Both the position numbers and the translations under genes were made by a program. This document shows positions 1 to 7,855 of a stretch of DNA of 30,045 bases, piece after piece. The DNA comes from Candidatus Eiseniibacteriota bacterium. Its GTDB lineage: Bacteria > ARS69. The notes beneath the pieces were generated by a model. That model was not told where the DNA came from, did not search any database, and worked only from the letters and a program-made list of their open reading frames with translations. Location of the stretch: contig JBQTGV010000064.1 of assembly GCA_052390515.1 (NCBI GenBank), positions 1-30,045 on the forward strand, given 5' to 3'. Position 1 is the stretch's first letter; every line of letters starts with the position of its first letter.

Positions 1-326
1 GCGATGCAGACGAGCGTCGCCTTCGTCCTCGGCGCGACCGGAAGGAAGAGCAGCAGGTGGGTCAGGGTCATGACCAGGACGCCCATGGCGAAGACGTGGA
101 AGTGCGCGGTCTCGGCGAGCGCGCCGAGCGGCCTCGGCGGGCGCCCGAACTCTTCCGAGGGATCGCCGAGGTAATGCGCCACGACCGACGCCGGATCCAG
201 CGTCATGCTGCGGAAGTAGAGCAGCCAGTTCGTTCCCCAGAAGAGCAGCACGAACACGAGGAAGAAGAGCAGGATGAGCCGGAGGAGATCGTTCCGGCTC
301 CACTCGCCGGTGACGACGAACCTCAA
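1..326 (-). CDS. Integral membrane protein with His motifs (partial, 3' end outside window), coupled to the FMN-binding protein gene
   Basis: Not in the ORF track; read by hand. TTG start at 326-324 overlaps the TGA of the upstream gene (TTGA). Translation (M)RFVVTGEWSRNDLLRLILLFFLVFVLLFWGTNWLLYFRSMTLDPASVVAHYLGDPSEEFGRPPRPLGALAETAHFHVFAMGVLVMTLTHLLLFLPVAPRTKATLVCI... is open to the window edge with clear TM segments. Confidence 0.8.
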   Translation of the reverse strand, partial: MRFVVTGEWSRNDLLRLILLFFLVFVLLFWGTNWLLYFRSMTLDPASVVAHYLGDPSEEFGRPPRPLGALAETAHFHVFAMGVLVMTLTHLLLFLPVAPRTKATLVCI

Positions 327-904
327 GGAATGGGTTCCGGCGGCGCGAGCGTTCCCGGCGCGAGCCTGACGCTCCACACCGCGAGCACGCGGCGGACTGC
401 CGCGGTCACCGCATTCGCGCTGAGCGTGCTCCCGGAGATCCCGTCGACGGAGCCGCCGGTGCGTAGGTGTTCCGTGAGCTCGTGGCCGGAGAAGGCAGCG
501 AGCCATCGGGTGCCGGGCTGGTACTCCGGAGGCTCGTGGAACGCGAGCAGGTGGGTTCCCCGGACCCGTCCCGACGGATCGACCACGACGAGGATCGTCT
601 CGGGCAGCGTTCGCACCGTGTGCGTATCCAGGAATGCCCAGCCGAGACACTGCTCGCCGGCCCAACCGGCGTAGGCCGTCACCAGGCGGGAGGGCGGCTC
701 GGCCCCGGCAAGATTCCGCACCCGCGCCGCCTCCTCGCCCGACAGGACGAGGTCCTGTGGTGTGACCCGGTCGGCCTCCGGGAAGGCCAGCCGGAGGGCC
801 GACTCGCGGCTGTGGAAGACCTCCGCTGCCGCCCCCTGATGCCATAGCAGGGCGGCCAGGGCGAAGGCGGCGGGCGCGGTGAACCAGCGGGTCAGGGAGG
901 CCAT
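323..904 (-). CDS. Exported FMN-binding domain protein (RnfG/NqrC-like flavinylation domain)
   Basis: Signal peptide (…HQGAAA/EV); C-terminal DGISGSTLSANAV matches the D-x-x-[ST]-G-A-[ST]-x-S flavinylation motif with A to S; AFHEPPEY core. Confidence 0.85.
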   Translation of the reverse strand: MASLTRWFTAPAAFALAALLWHQGAAAEVFHSRESALRLAFPEADRVTPQDLVLSGEEAARVRNLAGAEPPSRLVTAYAGWAGEQCLGWAFLDTHTVRTLPETILVVVDPSGRVRGTHLLAFHEPPEYQPGTRWLAAFSGHELTEHLRTGGSVDGISGSTLSANAVTAAVRRVLAVWSVRLAPGTLAPPEPIP

Positions 905-913
905 GGAACCAGC

Positions 914-942
914 AATCTAGGCGCCGGACACCTGCTGGTCAA
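914..942 (-). promoter_or_regulatory. Putative sigma70 promoter of the FMN-binding gene (near-leaderless)
   Basis: TTGACC (942-937), 17 nt, TAGATT (919-914); ATG only 9 nt further on; no SD. Confidence 0.6.
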
Positions 943-973
943 GGAGCCTGAACACTCTTGAGCACGCTTGCCC

Positions 974-2476
974 TCAGCGGAGGAGCACGACCGATTTCGT
1001 CTCCGTGCGTCCGCCGGAGACCGCCCGGACGAAGTACATGCCCGCGGGGACGCCGCTGCTGCGGGATGGATCGACCGTCCACGCCAGCGCGAGGACTCCG
1101 GCGCGCGAGAATCCCTCGTGGAGCCGGCGCACGAGACGGCCGCTCACGTCGTAGACGCAGACTTCGACCTCTCCGTCGCGGTCGAGCTGGAGGTCGAGAC
1201 GCGTGCTTCGCGTGAAGGGATTCGGGCGCGCCGGTCCGAGGCCGAACTTCCCGGGCTGCCCGGCCTCGATCGAATCGCTGGCGGGGTGTCGGAGGATCTT
1301 GAAGACCTCGCCGCCGAGGTCGATGATGTACAGCTCGCCGTTCGCGTCTTCGCCGAATCCCGAGATCGAGTTGATGGTCGCGTTCGGCGGATCGAGCGCC
1401 GTGGTCCAGTTCGTGGAGTCGACCATCGCCCCCCCCTCGAACGCGATGCTGAAGATCTGGTCCGAGCAGTAGTCGGCGAAGAAGTAGAGGCCCTGGATCG
1501 CGGGGATCTGCGATCCGCGATACACGTAGCCGCCCGTCACGGAGCACGCGGTGCCGTGGCCGTACTCGAGCACCGGATCGACGAGCCCGGCTCCGCAAGG
1601 AGCCTGCGTGCAGTCGAAGTGGTTCGCCTCGTTGAAACAGTGCAGTCCCTCCATCACGTCCCAGCCGTAGTTCTCCCCGCCGGAGGAGGCCGGAGTGAAG
1701 TTGATCTCCTCCCAGCAGTTCTGGCCGACGTCGGCGATCCACATGTCTTGCGTGTCTCGATCGAAGCTCCAGCGGTAGGGATTGCGCAGGCCCAGCGCCC
1801 AGATCTCGTCGCGGACGCTCGCGTTACCGACGAAGGGGTTCGTCGACGGGATAGCGTAGTTGTTGTTCGGGTCGGCCGGGAGCGCGTCCGGGCCGTCCAC
1901 GTCGAGCCGCAGCATCTTCCCGAGCAGGTTCATTCCGTTCTGCGCGCGGTCGGCCGGGTCCCCGGCGCTCCCGCCGTCTCCGAGGCCGAGGTACAGGTAA
2001 CCGTCCGCGCCGAACGCGATCTGACCGCCGTTGTGGTTCACGAAGGGTTGCGTCACGGTGAAAACGCGGAAGCCACTCGTATCATCGGCCAGGTCGGGAT
2101 TCGCGGAGACGTTGTAGCGGAAGATGGTGGAAGCCCCCGCGCCGGCACCCTCGGTGAAGTAGACGAAGAACCGGCCGTTGCTCGCGTAGTCAGGATGGAA
2201 CGCGAGACCGAGGAGACCCTGCTCGTTGAAGACATCCAGCACGATGCTCTGGATGTCCAGGAACGGCGTCGGCAGCAGCGTGCCGTCGTCGATGATGCGG
2301 ATGAGCCCCGGCCGCTCGAGGACGAAGAGTCTCGACGCGTCGTCCGGCGGGGTCGTGAGGTACACTGGGTTGTTGAGTCCGGACGCGATTCGCTGCGAGA
2401 TGATCTGAGCGGACGCGGGTGCCGTCACCAGCAGCCCCGCGACGACTGCGGCGGTGAGTTGGGCCACGCGGTGCAT
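974..2476 (-). CDS. Secreted PQQ-dependent glucose/sorbosone dehydrogenase family protein with a C-terminal FlgD/T9SS-like domain
   Basis: Start revised to ATG 2476 (GGAGA SD, signal peptide MHRVAQLTAAVVAGLLVTAPASA). Motifs EQGLLGLAFHPDY, NHNGGQIAFGADGYLY, GKMLRLD, GLRNPYRWSFD, SVTGGYVYRG. Tail PNPF…VYDVSGRLVRRL…GMYFVR. Confidence 0.9.
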   Translation of the reverse strand: MHRVAQLTAAVVAGLLVTAPASAQIISQRIASGLNNPVYLTTPPDDASRLFVLERPGLIRIIDDGTLLPTPFLDIQSIVLDVFNEQGLLGLAFHPDYASNGRFFVYFTEGAGAGASTIFRYNVSANPDLADDTSGFRVFTVTQPFVNHNGGQIAFGADGYLYLGLGDGGSAGDPADRAQNGMNLLGKMLRLDVDGPDALPADPNNNYAIPSTNPFVGNASVRDEIWALGLRNPYRWSFDRDTQDMWIADVGQNCWEEINFTPASSGGENYGWDVMEGLHCFNEANHFDCTQAPCGAGLVDPVLEYGHGTACSVTGGYVYRGSQIPAIQGLYFFADYCSDQIFSIAFEGGAMVDSTNWTTALDPPNATINSISGFGEDANGELYIIDLGGEVFKILRHPASDSIEAGQPGKFGLGPARPNPFTRSTRLDLQLDRDGEVEVCVYDVSGRLVRRLHEGFSRAGVLALAWTVDPSRSSGVPAGMYFVRAVSGGRTETKSVVLLR

Positions 2477-2638
2477 GTCGTCTCCGGTGCGTGGGGTACG
2501 GCGGAAGGGGGAAAGCCGGAGAGATTCTAGCCGAATCGACCAGCCTTCGCCCCCCGGGCCGTCTCGATTCCTCCATCTCGTTGCGGCGGCGACTCTTGGT
2601 GGCTCGCGAGGAGGGTGCGGTGCACGTAGCTCAAGAGA

Positions 2639-2654
2639 GTTAAGTAGACTTGAC
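2639..2654. promoter_or_regulatory. Imperfect palindrome, candidate repressor operator overlapping the porin -35
   Basis: GTTAAGT-AG-ACTTGAC; arms match 6/7; AT-rich patch in a GC-rich background. Confidence 0.5.
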
Positions 2655-2678
2655 ATGATACTCGGATCCCCGTAGGTT
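2650..2678 (+). promoter_or_regulatory. Sigma70 promoter of the porin gene
   Basis: Perfect TTGACA (2650-2655), 17 nt, TAGGTT (2673-2678); GGAGG SD at 2716-2720 before ATG 2727. Confidence 0.7.
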
Positions 2679-2726
2679 GCCCCCCGAGTCGAACGTGGAC
2701 GGCGAACCGAACACCGGAGGGACGAG

Positions 2727-4004
2727 ATGCGGAAGCAGGCATGGGTGATCTCCTTGGCGCTCGCGGCCGGCTTGGGCCAGGCGGAGCCAAGGTCGGCCCA
2801 AGCGGACCCGGCGGACGACGAGATCCGCGAGCGGCTCGAAGTGCTGACGGAGGAGGTGCGCGACCTGCGCGAGCAGCTAGCCATTCCCGCGACCGACGAG
2901 GAGCTGGAGAGCCGCCACGGGCTCGGGCCGGCGGCGAGCCGGGTGTACGGCCGGAACCCTGGGCTCTCCATCGGAGGTTACGGTGAGTTCCACTTCGCCC
3001 AGCCGACCGGCGACGCCTCGGACCGGCGCGCGGACTTCCTGCGCTTCATCACGTACTTCGGGTACAAGTTCTCGGAGAGCATCGTGATGAACACCGAGAT
3101 CGAGTTCGAGCACGCCACGACGTCACCGAACTTCGAGGGCCGCGTGGGCGAAGTCTCGGTCGAGTTCGGCTACGTCGACTTCCTGCTCGACGAGGCGGCG
3201 AACGTCCGCGCCGGCACCGTGCTCCTGCCGATGGGCTTCGTGAACCGGATTCACGAGCCCCCGTTCTTCCGCGGGAACGTCAGGCCTGAGGTGGAGACGC
3301 GGCTCATCCCGACGACTTGGCGGGAGCTCGGGGTCGGCCTTCATGGCGAGAGTGCCTCGCGCGTGCGTTACGAGGCATACGTGGTGAACGGCTTCGACGC
3401 GATGCGCTTCACCGCGAACGGCGTCCGCGACGGACGCCAAAGGGGCAACCGCCCCATCTGGGAGGACGTCGGCGGGGTGGTCTCCCTGGAGGTGACCGCC
3501 GCCCCGGGGCTTCGCCTCGGTGGATCGGGGTACTACGGGGAGGCGGACCAGAACCGGGACTTCGACGGGGGAGAGGTCTCCGCGACCGTGCGGATCGCCG
3601 AGGCTCACGCGGAGTTGCGGAGCGGTCGTTTCGAGGCACGCGGGCTCCTCGCCGGAGTGGCGCTCGGGGACGCCGGTGCATTGTCAGCGGAACTCGGCGA
3701 GGTGATTCCCGAGGCGCAGCGCGGGTGGTACGTGGAGGGTGCGTACGACGTGGCGCCCTGGCTCGGGCTCGCCCCTTCGACGAGGCTTCTCGCCTGGGCC
3801 CGCCGCGAGCAGTGGAACCTGCACGACGAGGTCCCGACGGGTCTCGCCGCCGACCCGGCGAGGGAAGGGGCAGCCACGGCGCTCGGGCTCGAGCTCTTCC
3901 CGCATCCTTCAGTCGTGGTCAAGGCGGACGTTACCATCGAGGAGCGCGAGTCGGACGACGAGACCGCGGACCCGCTCCGCGTCGGCATCGGCTTCGTGTT
4001 CTGA
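2727..4004 (+). CDS. Outer-membrane porin (OprO/P-like beta-barrel) with an N-terminal coiled coil
   Basis: Signal peptide; coiled coil IRERLEVLTEEVRDLREQ; GLSIGGYGE, NTEIEFEHA, VEFGYVDF, IPTTWRELG; C-terminal VGIGFVF (BAM signal ending in Phe). Confidence 0.85.
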   Translation: MRKQAWVISLALAAGLGQAEPRSAQADPADDEIRERLEVLTEEVRDLREQLAIPATDEELESRHGLGPAASRVYGRNPGLSIGGYGEFHFAQPTGDASDRRADFLRFITYFGYKFSESIVMNTEIEFEHATTSPNFEGRVGEVSVEFGYVDFLLDEAANVRAGTVLLPMGFVNRIHEPPFFRGNVRPEVETRLIPTTWRELGVGLHGESASRVRYEAYVVNGFDAMRFTANGVRDGRQRGNRPIWEDVGGVVSLEVTAAPGLRLGGSGYYGEADQNRDFDGGEVSATVRIAEAHAELRSGRFEARGLLAGVALGDAGALSAELGEVIPEAQRGWYVEGAYDVAPWLGLAPSTRLLAWARREQWNLHDEVPTGLAADPAREGAATALGLELFPHPSVVVKADVTIEERESDDETADPLRVGIGFVF

Positions 4005-4023
4005 CGTTCGCGCTGCAAAGAGA

Positions 4024-4052
4024 AGCCCCCCGGCCCGGGAGGACGGGGGGCT
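4024..4052. terminator. GC-rich hairpin between convergent genes, probable bidirectional intrinsic terminator
   Basis: AGCCCCCCG (4024-4032) pairs with CGGGGGGCT (4044-4052); followed by GTCGTTTCGTT on + and TCTCTTT on -. Confidence 0.65.
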
Positions 4053-4077
4053 GTCGTTTCGTTCGTCGAGCGTGCTG

Positions 4078-4632
4078 CTAGAAGTACAGGTGGAACCCGG
4101 CGTCGCCCAGGGACGCGCCATGGGAGTGGAAGTCCGTCGTGCTGTCTCCACCCTCGCCGCCGTCGTTGATCTGGGCGTGGATGCCGTGCCGGACGCTGAA
4201 GCTGAGGCACTCGAGGAGCCAGAGCTCCGCCTCGAACTCTGCGCCGATGGCGAAGTCCATCAGCGACTCGCCGTCCACGTCGATGTCACCGTCACCATCG
4301 GTGTCGATGTCCTCGAACGAGTGTGCGTCGAGCGCGAAGAACGGCCGGAAGTGGAGCCACACGTCGCTGCACTCCCAGACGAAGACCGGGATCCCGAATA
4401 GCAGATGGAACGCCGACGACAGATCTCCGGATCCGGACTCCACGTCGTAGATCCAGAACCCGGCCTCGGCGTCGATCGCGACCTTCTGACTGGCCCAGTA
4501 GCGGATCCCGATCGGCGTTTCGCTCAAGTCACTGGAACCCAGGGCGAGCTGACCCGCCGTCGGTCCGGCGAAGGCCGAACTCGCCGCGACGAGCATCGAG
4601 ATCGCGGCGATCAGAACAAGCGACTTCCGCAT
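4078..4632 (-). CDS. Small outer-membrane beta-barrel protein with an acidic DxDxDG loop
   Basis: Start revised to ATG 4632 (GGAGGA SD); signal peptide MRKSLVLIAAISMLVAASSAFA; amphipathic strands; C-terminal AGFHLYF. Confidence 0.8.
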   Translation of the reverse strand: MRKSLVLIAAISMLVAASSAFAGPTAGQLALGSSDLSETPIGIRYWASQKVAIDAEAGFWIYDVESGSGDLSSAFHLLFGIPVFVWECSDVWLHFRPFFALDAHSFEDIDTDGDGDIDVDGESLMDFAIGAEFEAELWLLECLSFSVRHGIHAQINDGGEGGDSTTDFHSHGASLGDAGFHLYF

Positions 4633-4824
4633 GGAAAGTATCCTCCGTCGATTCCCCACCGGGCCTCGGTCCCTCCGCTGCCCGAGCCGGAGCCGCCCCC
4701 TGCGGGCGCCCGGCCTTCACGTCCCCCTGGCCGCCCTCCCGGATTCGCGACGCCACCGCGCGGTCGGCGCCGCCCGGTGAGGATGGACCACCGAGGTGCC
4801 CCCGGATCCCTCCGGAGCGCCGCG

Positions 4825-4853
4825 AGGATCCCCGAATACGGGCGACCTGTAAA
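4825..4853 (-). promoter_or_regulatory. Possible sigma70 promoter for the 4078-4632 gene
   Basis: TTTACA (4853-4848), 17 nt, GATCCT (4830-4825); weak -10. Confidence 0.3.
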
Positions 4854-4860
4854 GGCTGAA

Positions 4861-4912
4861 GACCCGGCCGGAGGGCCGGGGAATCCCCCCGAGCCCCCGG
4901 AACGGCCGGGTC
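4861..4912 (-). terminator. Inverted repeat downstream of the PorT-like gene, possible terminator
   Basis: GACCCGGCCG (4861-4870) is the reverse complement of CGGCCGGGTC (4903-4912); followed on - by TTCAGCCTTT. Confidence 0.5.
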
Positions 4913-4936
4913 CGAGGAACCCGCCGCAGTCCGCCC

Positions 4937-5611
4937 TCAGCGGAACGCGAACGTGCCCAGAACGGTGAAGACGCCGTTCTTGATCTCGCCGTCCGACCCG
5001 CTGTCGTCCACGTTGGTCACCCCGAACGTGTAGCGGGCGTCGAATCCGAGGGTCTGCGCGCCTGCCCCGAGCGGGAACTCCATGCCGCCGCCGACCACGA
5101 GCCCCAGGTCGATCTTCTTGACCTCATCGGAGATGTCTTCGCTGAGGTCCACGGAGCTGCCGCCGGACTCTCCGGACGCGACCAAGTCGGCCGACAGGTT
5201 GATTGCGAGGGAAGGTCCCACCAGTAGGATCGGGCGAGCCGGAGCGCCCGGGGCGAAGCCGAAGCGGGCGAGAACCGGGACCTCCAGGTAGGTGGCCTCG
5301 ACCGCGACGGTTCCGTCGAGCTGGATCGTCTGCCCGTCGATGTCGAACGTGCCGGAGATGTCTTCCTCGTCGCCCTTCATCATGTACAGGACTTCCGGCT
5401 GGATGGAGATGAAGTCGTTCACGGGGAAGTGCGCGAAGCCCCCGAAGCCTGCCGCCTTCCGGGAGTCCTGCAACTCGTCGGCTTCGTCGTCGGCGCTCAG
5501 GTTGGCGATGTTCAATCCGCCCTTCACGCCGAAGTGCGCGTCGACGGCGAGCGCGGGGCCCGCCAGCAGCCCGACCGTCGCGACGACGACGGAAACCAGG
5601 ATCCGCACCAT
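4937..5611 (-). CDS. Outer-membrane beta-barrel porin-family protein (OMP_b-brl_2 / PorT-like)
   Basis: Signal peptide; FGVKGGLNIA, SIQPEVLYMMKG, YLEVPVLARF, GPSLAINL, FDARYTFG; AGGAGG SD. Confidence 0.85.
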   Translation of the reverse strand: MVRILVSVVVATVGLLAGPALAVDAHFGVKGGLNIANLSADDEADELQDSRKAAGFGGFAHFPVNDFISIQPEVLYMMKGDEEDISGTFDIDGQTIQLDGTVAVEATYLEVPVLARFGFAPGAPARPILLVGPSLAINLSADLVASGESGGSSVDLSEDISDEVKKIDLGLVVGGGMEFPLGAGAQTLGFDARYTFGVTNVDDSGSDGEIKNGVFTVLGTFAFR

Positions 5612-5833
5612 GGTAGCCTCCTCGGTTCAGGTTCAGCGGCTCGTCCAAGGTCGCGAGAGCCAGCGGCTCAGGGTATGACGCTCGTCGCGAGGCGTCGACG
5701 CAAATGGCGGCGGGGCGGCTGACCTTGGTCACCTGGCCGTGGGCTCCCGCCCGGCGGGGGGCACACCTTGGCGTCCGCTCCCGGCCCTCGCTCGACGGGT
5801 GGCGCGCCCCGACGCCGCCCGCCTCCGCCACCC

Positions 5834-7300
5834 CTACCCCGCGGCGACCACCACCGACTTGGTCTCCAGGTAGCACTCCAGCGCCTCGTTGCCGTGCTCG
5901 TGCCCGAGGCCGCTCTGCTTGAACCCGCCGAACGGCAGCTCGTCGTAGATCTTCGTGATCGAGTTGATCCAGGTGTACCCGGCCTCGATCCGCTCGGCTG
6001 CGGCGGTGGCCTGATCCAGGTCCTTGGTCCAGATGGACGATCCCAGTCCGAAGATCGTGTCATTGGCTCGCTCGATCGCCTCCTCGAGCGTCTTCACGCG
6101 GAAGAGCGGGACGGCCGGACCGAACACCTCCTCGGTGGCCATGCGCGAGTCCGGGGAGACGTCGGCCAGCACGGTGGGAAGGTAGAAGTGACCCTTCGCG
6201 TAGCGCTCGCCTTCGGGACGGCGGCCCCCGGCGAGCACCTTCGCTCCCTTGGCGACGGCGTCGGCCACCTGCGCCTCCACCTCGGCGCGCTGTGCCGCGG
6301 TGTGCAACGGCCCGAGGCGAACACCCTCGTCGCTGCCCGGACCGACGGTGAGCCGCTTCACCTTGGCCACGAGCTTCTCGGTGAACTCGTCGGCGATCTT
6401 CTCGAAAAGGAAGATGCGCTTGATGGCCAGACAGGCCTGCCCACAGTTGAAGAAGCGGCCGACCGACGCGGCGGAGACGGCGCCGTCCACGTCGGCGTCG
6501 TCGCACACGATCATCGGGTCCGAGCCGCCGAGCTCCAGCGTCACATGCTTGATCGTGGCCGCCGCGCCAGCCATCACGCGCCGGCCGGTCTCGGTCGCGC
6601 CGGTGAATCCGATCTTCGCGACGAGCGGGTGCGTGACCAGCGCTTCGCCGACCTTCGAGCCGGTGCCGAGCACCGTGTTCACGATGTTGGCGGGAAGCCC
6701 GGCCTCGTGCAGGAGCCGGATGATCCGCGTCGACGTGAGCGGCGTGGTCTGCGCCGGCTTGACCACCATCGTGTTGCCGGCCACGAGCGCCGGCGCCAGC
6801 TTGTTGCCCAGCAGGGAGAGCGGGAAGTTCCACGGGACGATGGCCGCGCAGACGCCGATCGGCCGCTTGATGATCAGGCCGTGGCGGTGCGGGTTCTCGT
6901 CCAGGTCGGGCACGTACCCGCCGCGCAGGTTCTTGGCGAGACCGGCGTAGTGCTCCAGCGTGTGGGCCAGCCGGTGCACTTCCATGCGCGCCTCGGCCAG
7001 CGGCTTGCCCTGCTCGGCGGTGAGCAGCGTGGCCAGCTCCTCGGCGTGGTCGACGAGCGCCTCCGCGCAGCGATAGACGATCCTGCCGCGCGCCGACGCC
7101 GGAGTCCGCCACCATCCCGGGAACGCGGCATGGGCTCCTCGCACGGCCCGATCCACGTCCTCCGCGGTCCCGTCGGGGGTCTGCCCCACGACGGCGCCGT
7201 TCGCCGGGTTCCGGATCTCCCGGACCTCGCCGCCGCGCGCGGGGGCGGCGGACTCGCCGCCGATGAAGAACTGCGTCATCTCGCCCAAAGCCTCCGCCAT
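5834..7300 (-). CDS. NAD(P)+-dependent aldehyde dehydrogenase (paralog 2, last gene of the operon)
   Basis: Start revised to ATG 7300 (AAGGAG SD). PWNFP, FTGATETG, LELGG (catalytic Glu), FNCGQAC (catalytic Cys), EEVFGP, PFGGFKQSG. Confidence 0.95.
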   Translation of the reverse strand: MAEALGEMTQFFIGGESAAPARGGEVREIRNPANGAVVGQTPDGTAEDVDRAVRGAHAAFPGWWRTPASARGRIVYRCAEALVDHAEELATLLTAEQGKPLAEARMEVHRLAHTLEHYAGLAKNLRGGYVPDLDENPHRHGLIIKRPIGVCAAIVPWNFPLSLLGNKLAPALVAGNTMVVKPAQTTPLTSTRIIRLLHEAGLPANIVNTVLGTGSKVGEALVTHPLVAKIGFTGATETGRRVMAGAAATIKHVTLELGGSDPMIVCDDADVDGAVSAASVGRFFNCGQACLAIKRIFLFEKIADEFTEKLVAKVKRLTVGPGSDEGVRLGPLHTAAQRAEVEAQVADAVAKGAKVLAGGRRPEGERYAKGHFYLPTVLADVSPDSRMATEEVFGPAVPLFRVKTLEEAIERANDTIFGLGSSIWTKDLDQATAAAERIEAGYTWINSITKIYDELPFGGFKQSGLGHEHGNEALECYLETKSVVVAAG

Positions 7301-7317
7301 CGTCTCGCTCCTTGCGG

Positions 7318-7854
7318 CTATCCCTGCTCGCCGACCGGCTTGCCCAGCCGATCGTAGAGCGACATGAGAAACTGATAATGATCCGCGGCCGTCTTGACGT
7401 GCTCGAGGGCCGCGCCCTCCACCATCTTCTTGGCCACCGCGGGGAGTCCCGCGGCGAGCGTCCACGGCGGGATCCGGTCGTTCTCCCGCACCACGCTCCC
7501 TGCGGCGACGAGCGCGCCCTCGCCGACCCGCGCTCCGTCCAGCACCGTCGCGTTCATTCCGATCAGGGCGAAGTCTTCGATCACGCAGCCTTCCAGCACG
7601 GCGGAGTGCCCGATGGTCACGTTCCGGCCGAGAATCGTCCCGTTCGGCTCGTTGCAGTGCATCACCGTGTTGTCCTGCACGCTCGACTTCTCTCCGATGC
7701 GGATGATGTTCTGGTCGGCGCGCAGCACGACACCGAACCAGACGTTGGCGTGCGCCTCGATCACCACCCGCCCGACGAGTGTGGCGTTCGGCGCGACGAA
7801 CGCGGTGGGGTGGATTTCCGGGGTCCAGCCGCGGACCGGGACGATGAGCGCCAT
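7318..7854 (-). CDS. Gamma-carbonic-anhydrase-like hexapeptide-repeat protein (PaaY/CaiE/YrdA family)
   Basis: PEIHPTAFVAPNATLVG, VWFGVVLRAD, SVQDNTVMH, TIGHSAVLEGC, LIGMNATVLDGA. Confidence 0.9.
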   Translation of the reverse strand: MALIVPVRGWTPEIHPTAFVAPNATLVGRVVIEAHANVWFGVVLRADQNIIRIGEKSSVQDNTVMHCNEPNGTILGRNVTIGHSAVLEGCVIEDFALIGMNATVLDGARVGEGALVAAGSVVRENDRIPPWTLAAGLPAVAKKMVEGAALEHVKTAADHYQFLMSLYDRLGKPVGEQG

Positions 7855-7855
7855 C

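Noticed and set aside
5612-5833. Short repeats (GGTTCA twice, CAGCGGCTC twice) and a small GC hairpin in the intergenic region
   Set aside because: Too short to exceed chance at this GC content; no U-tract or array structure.
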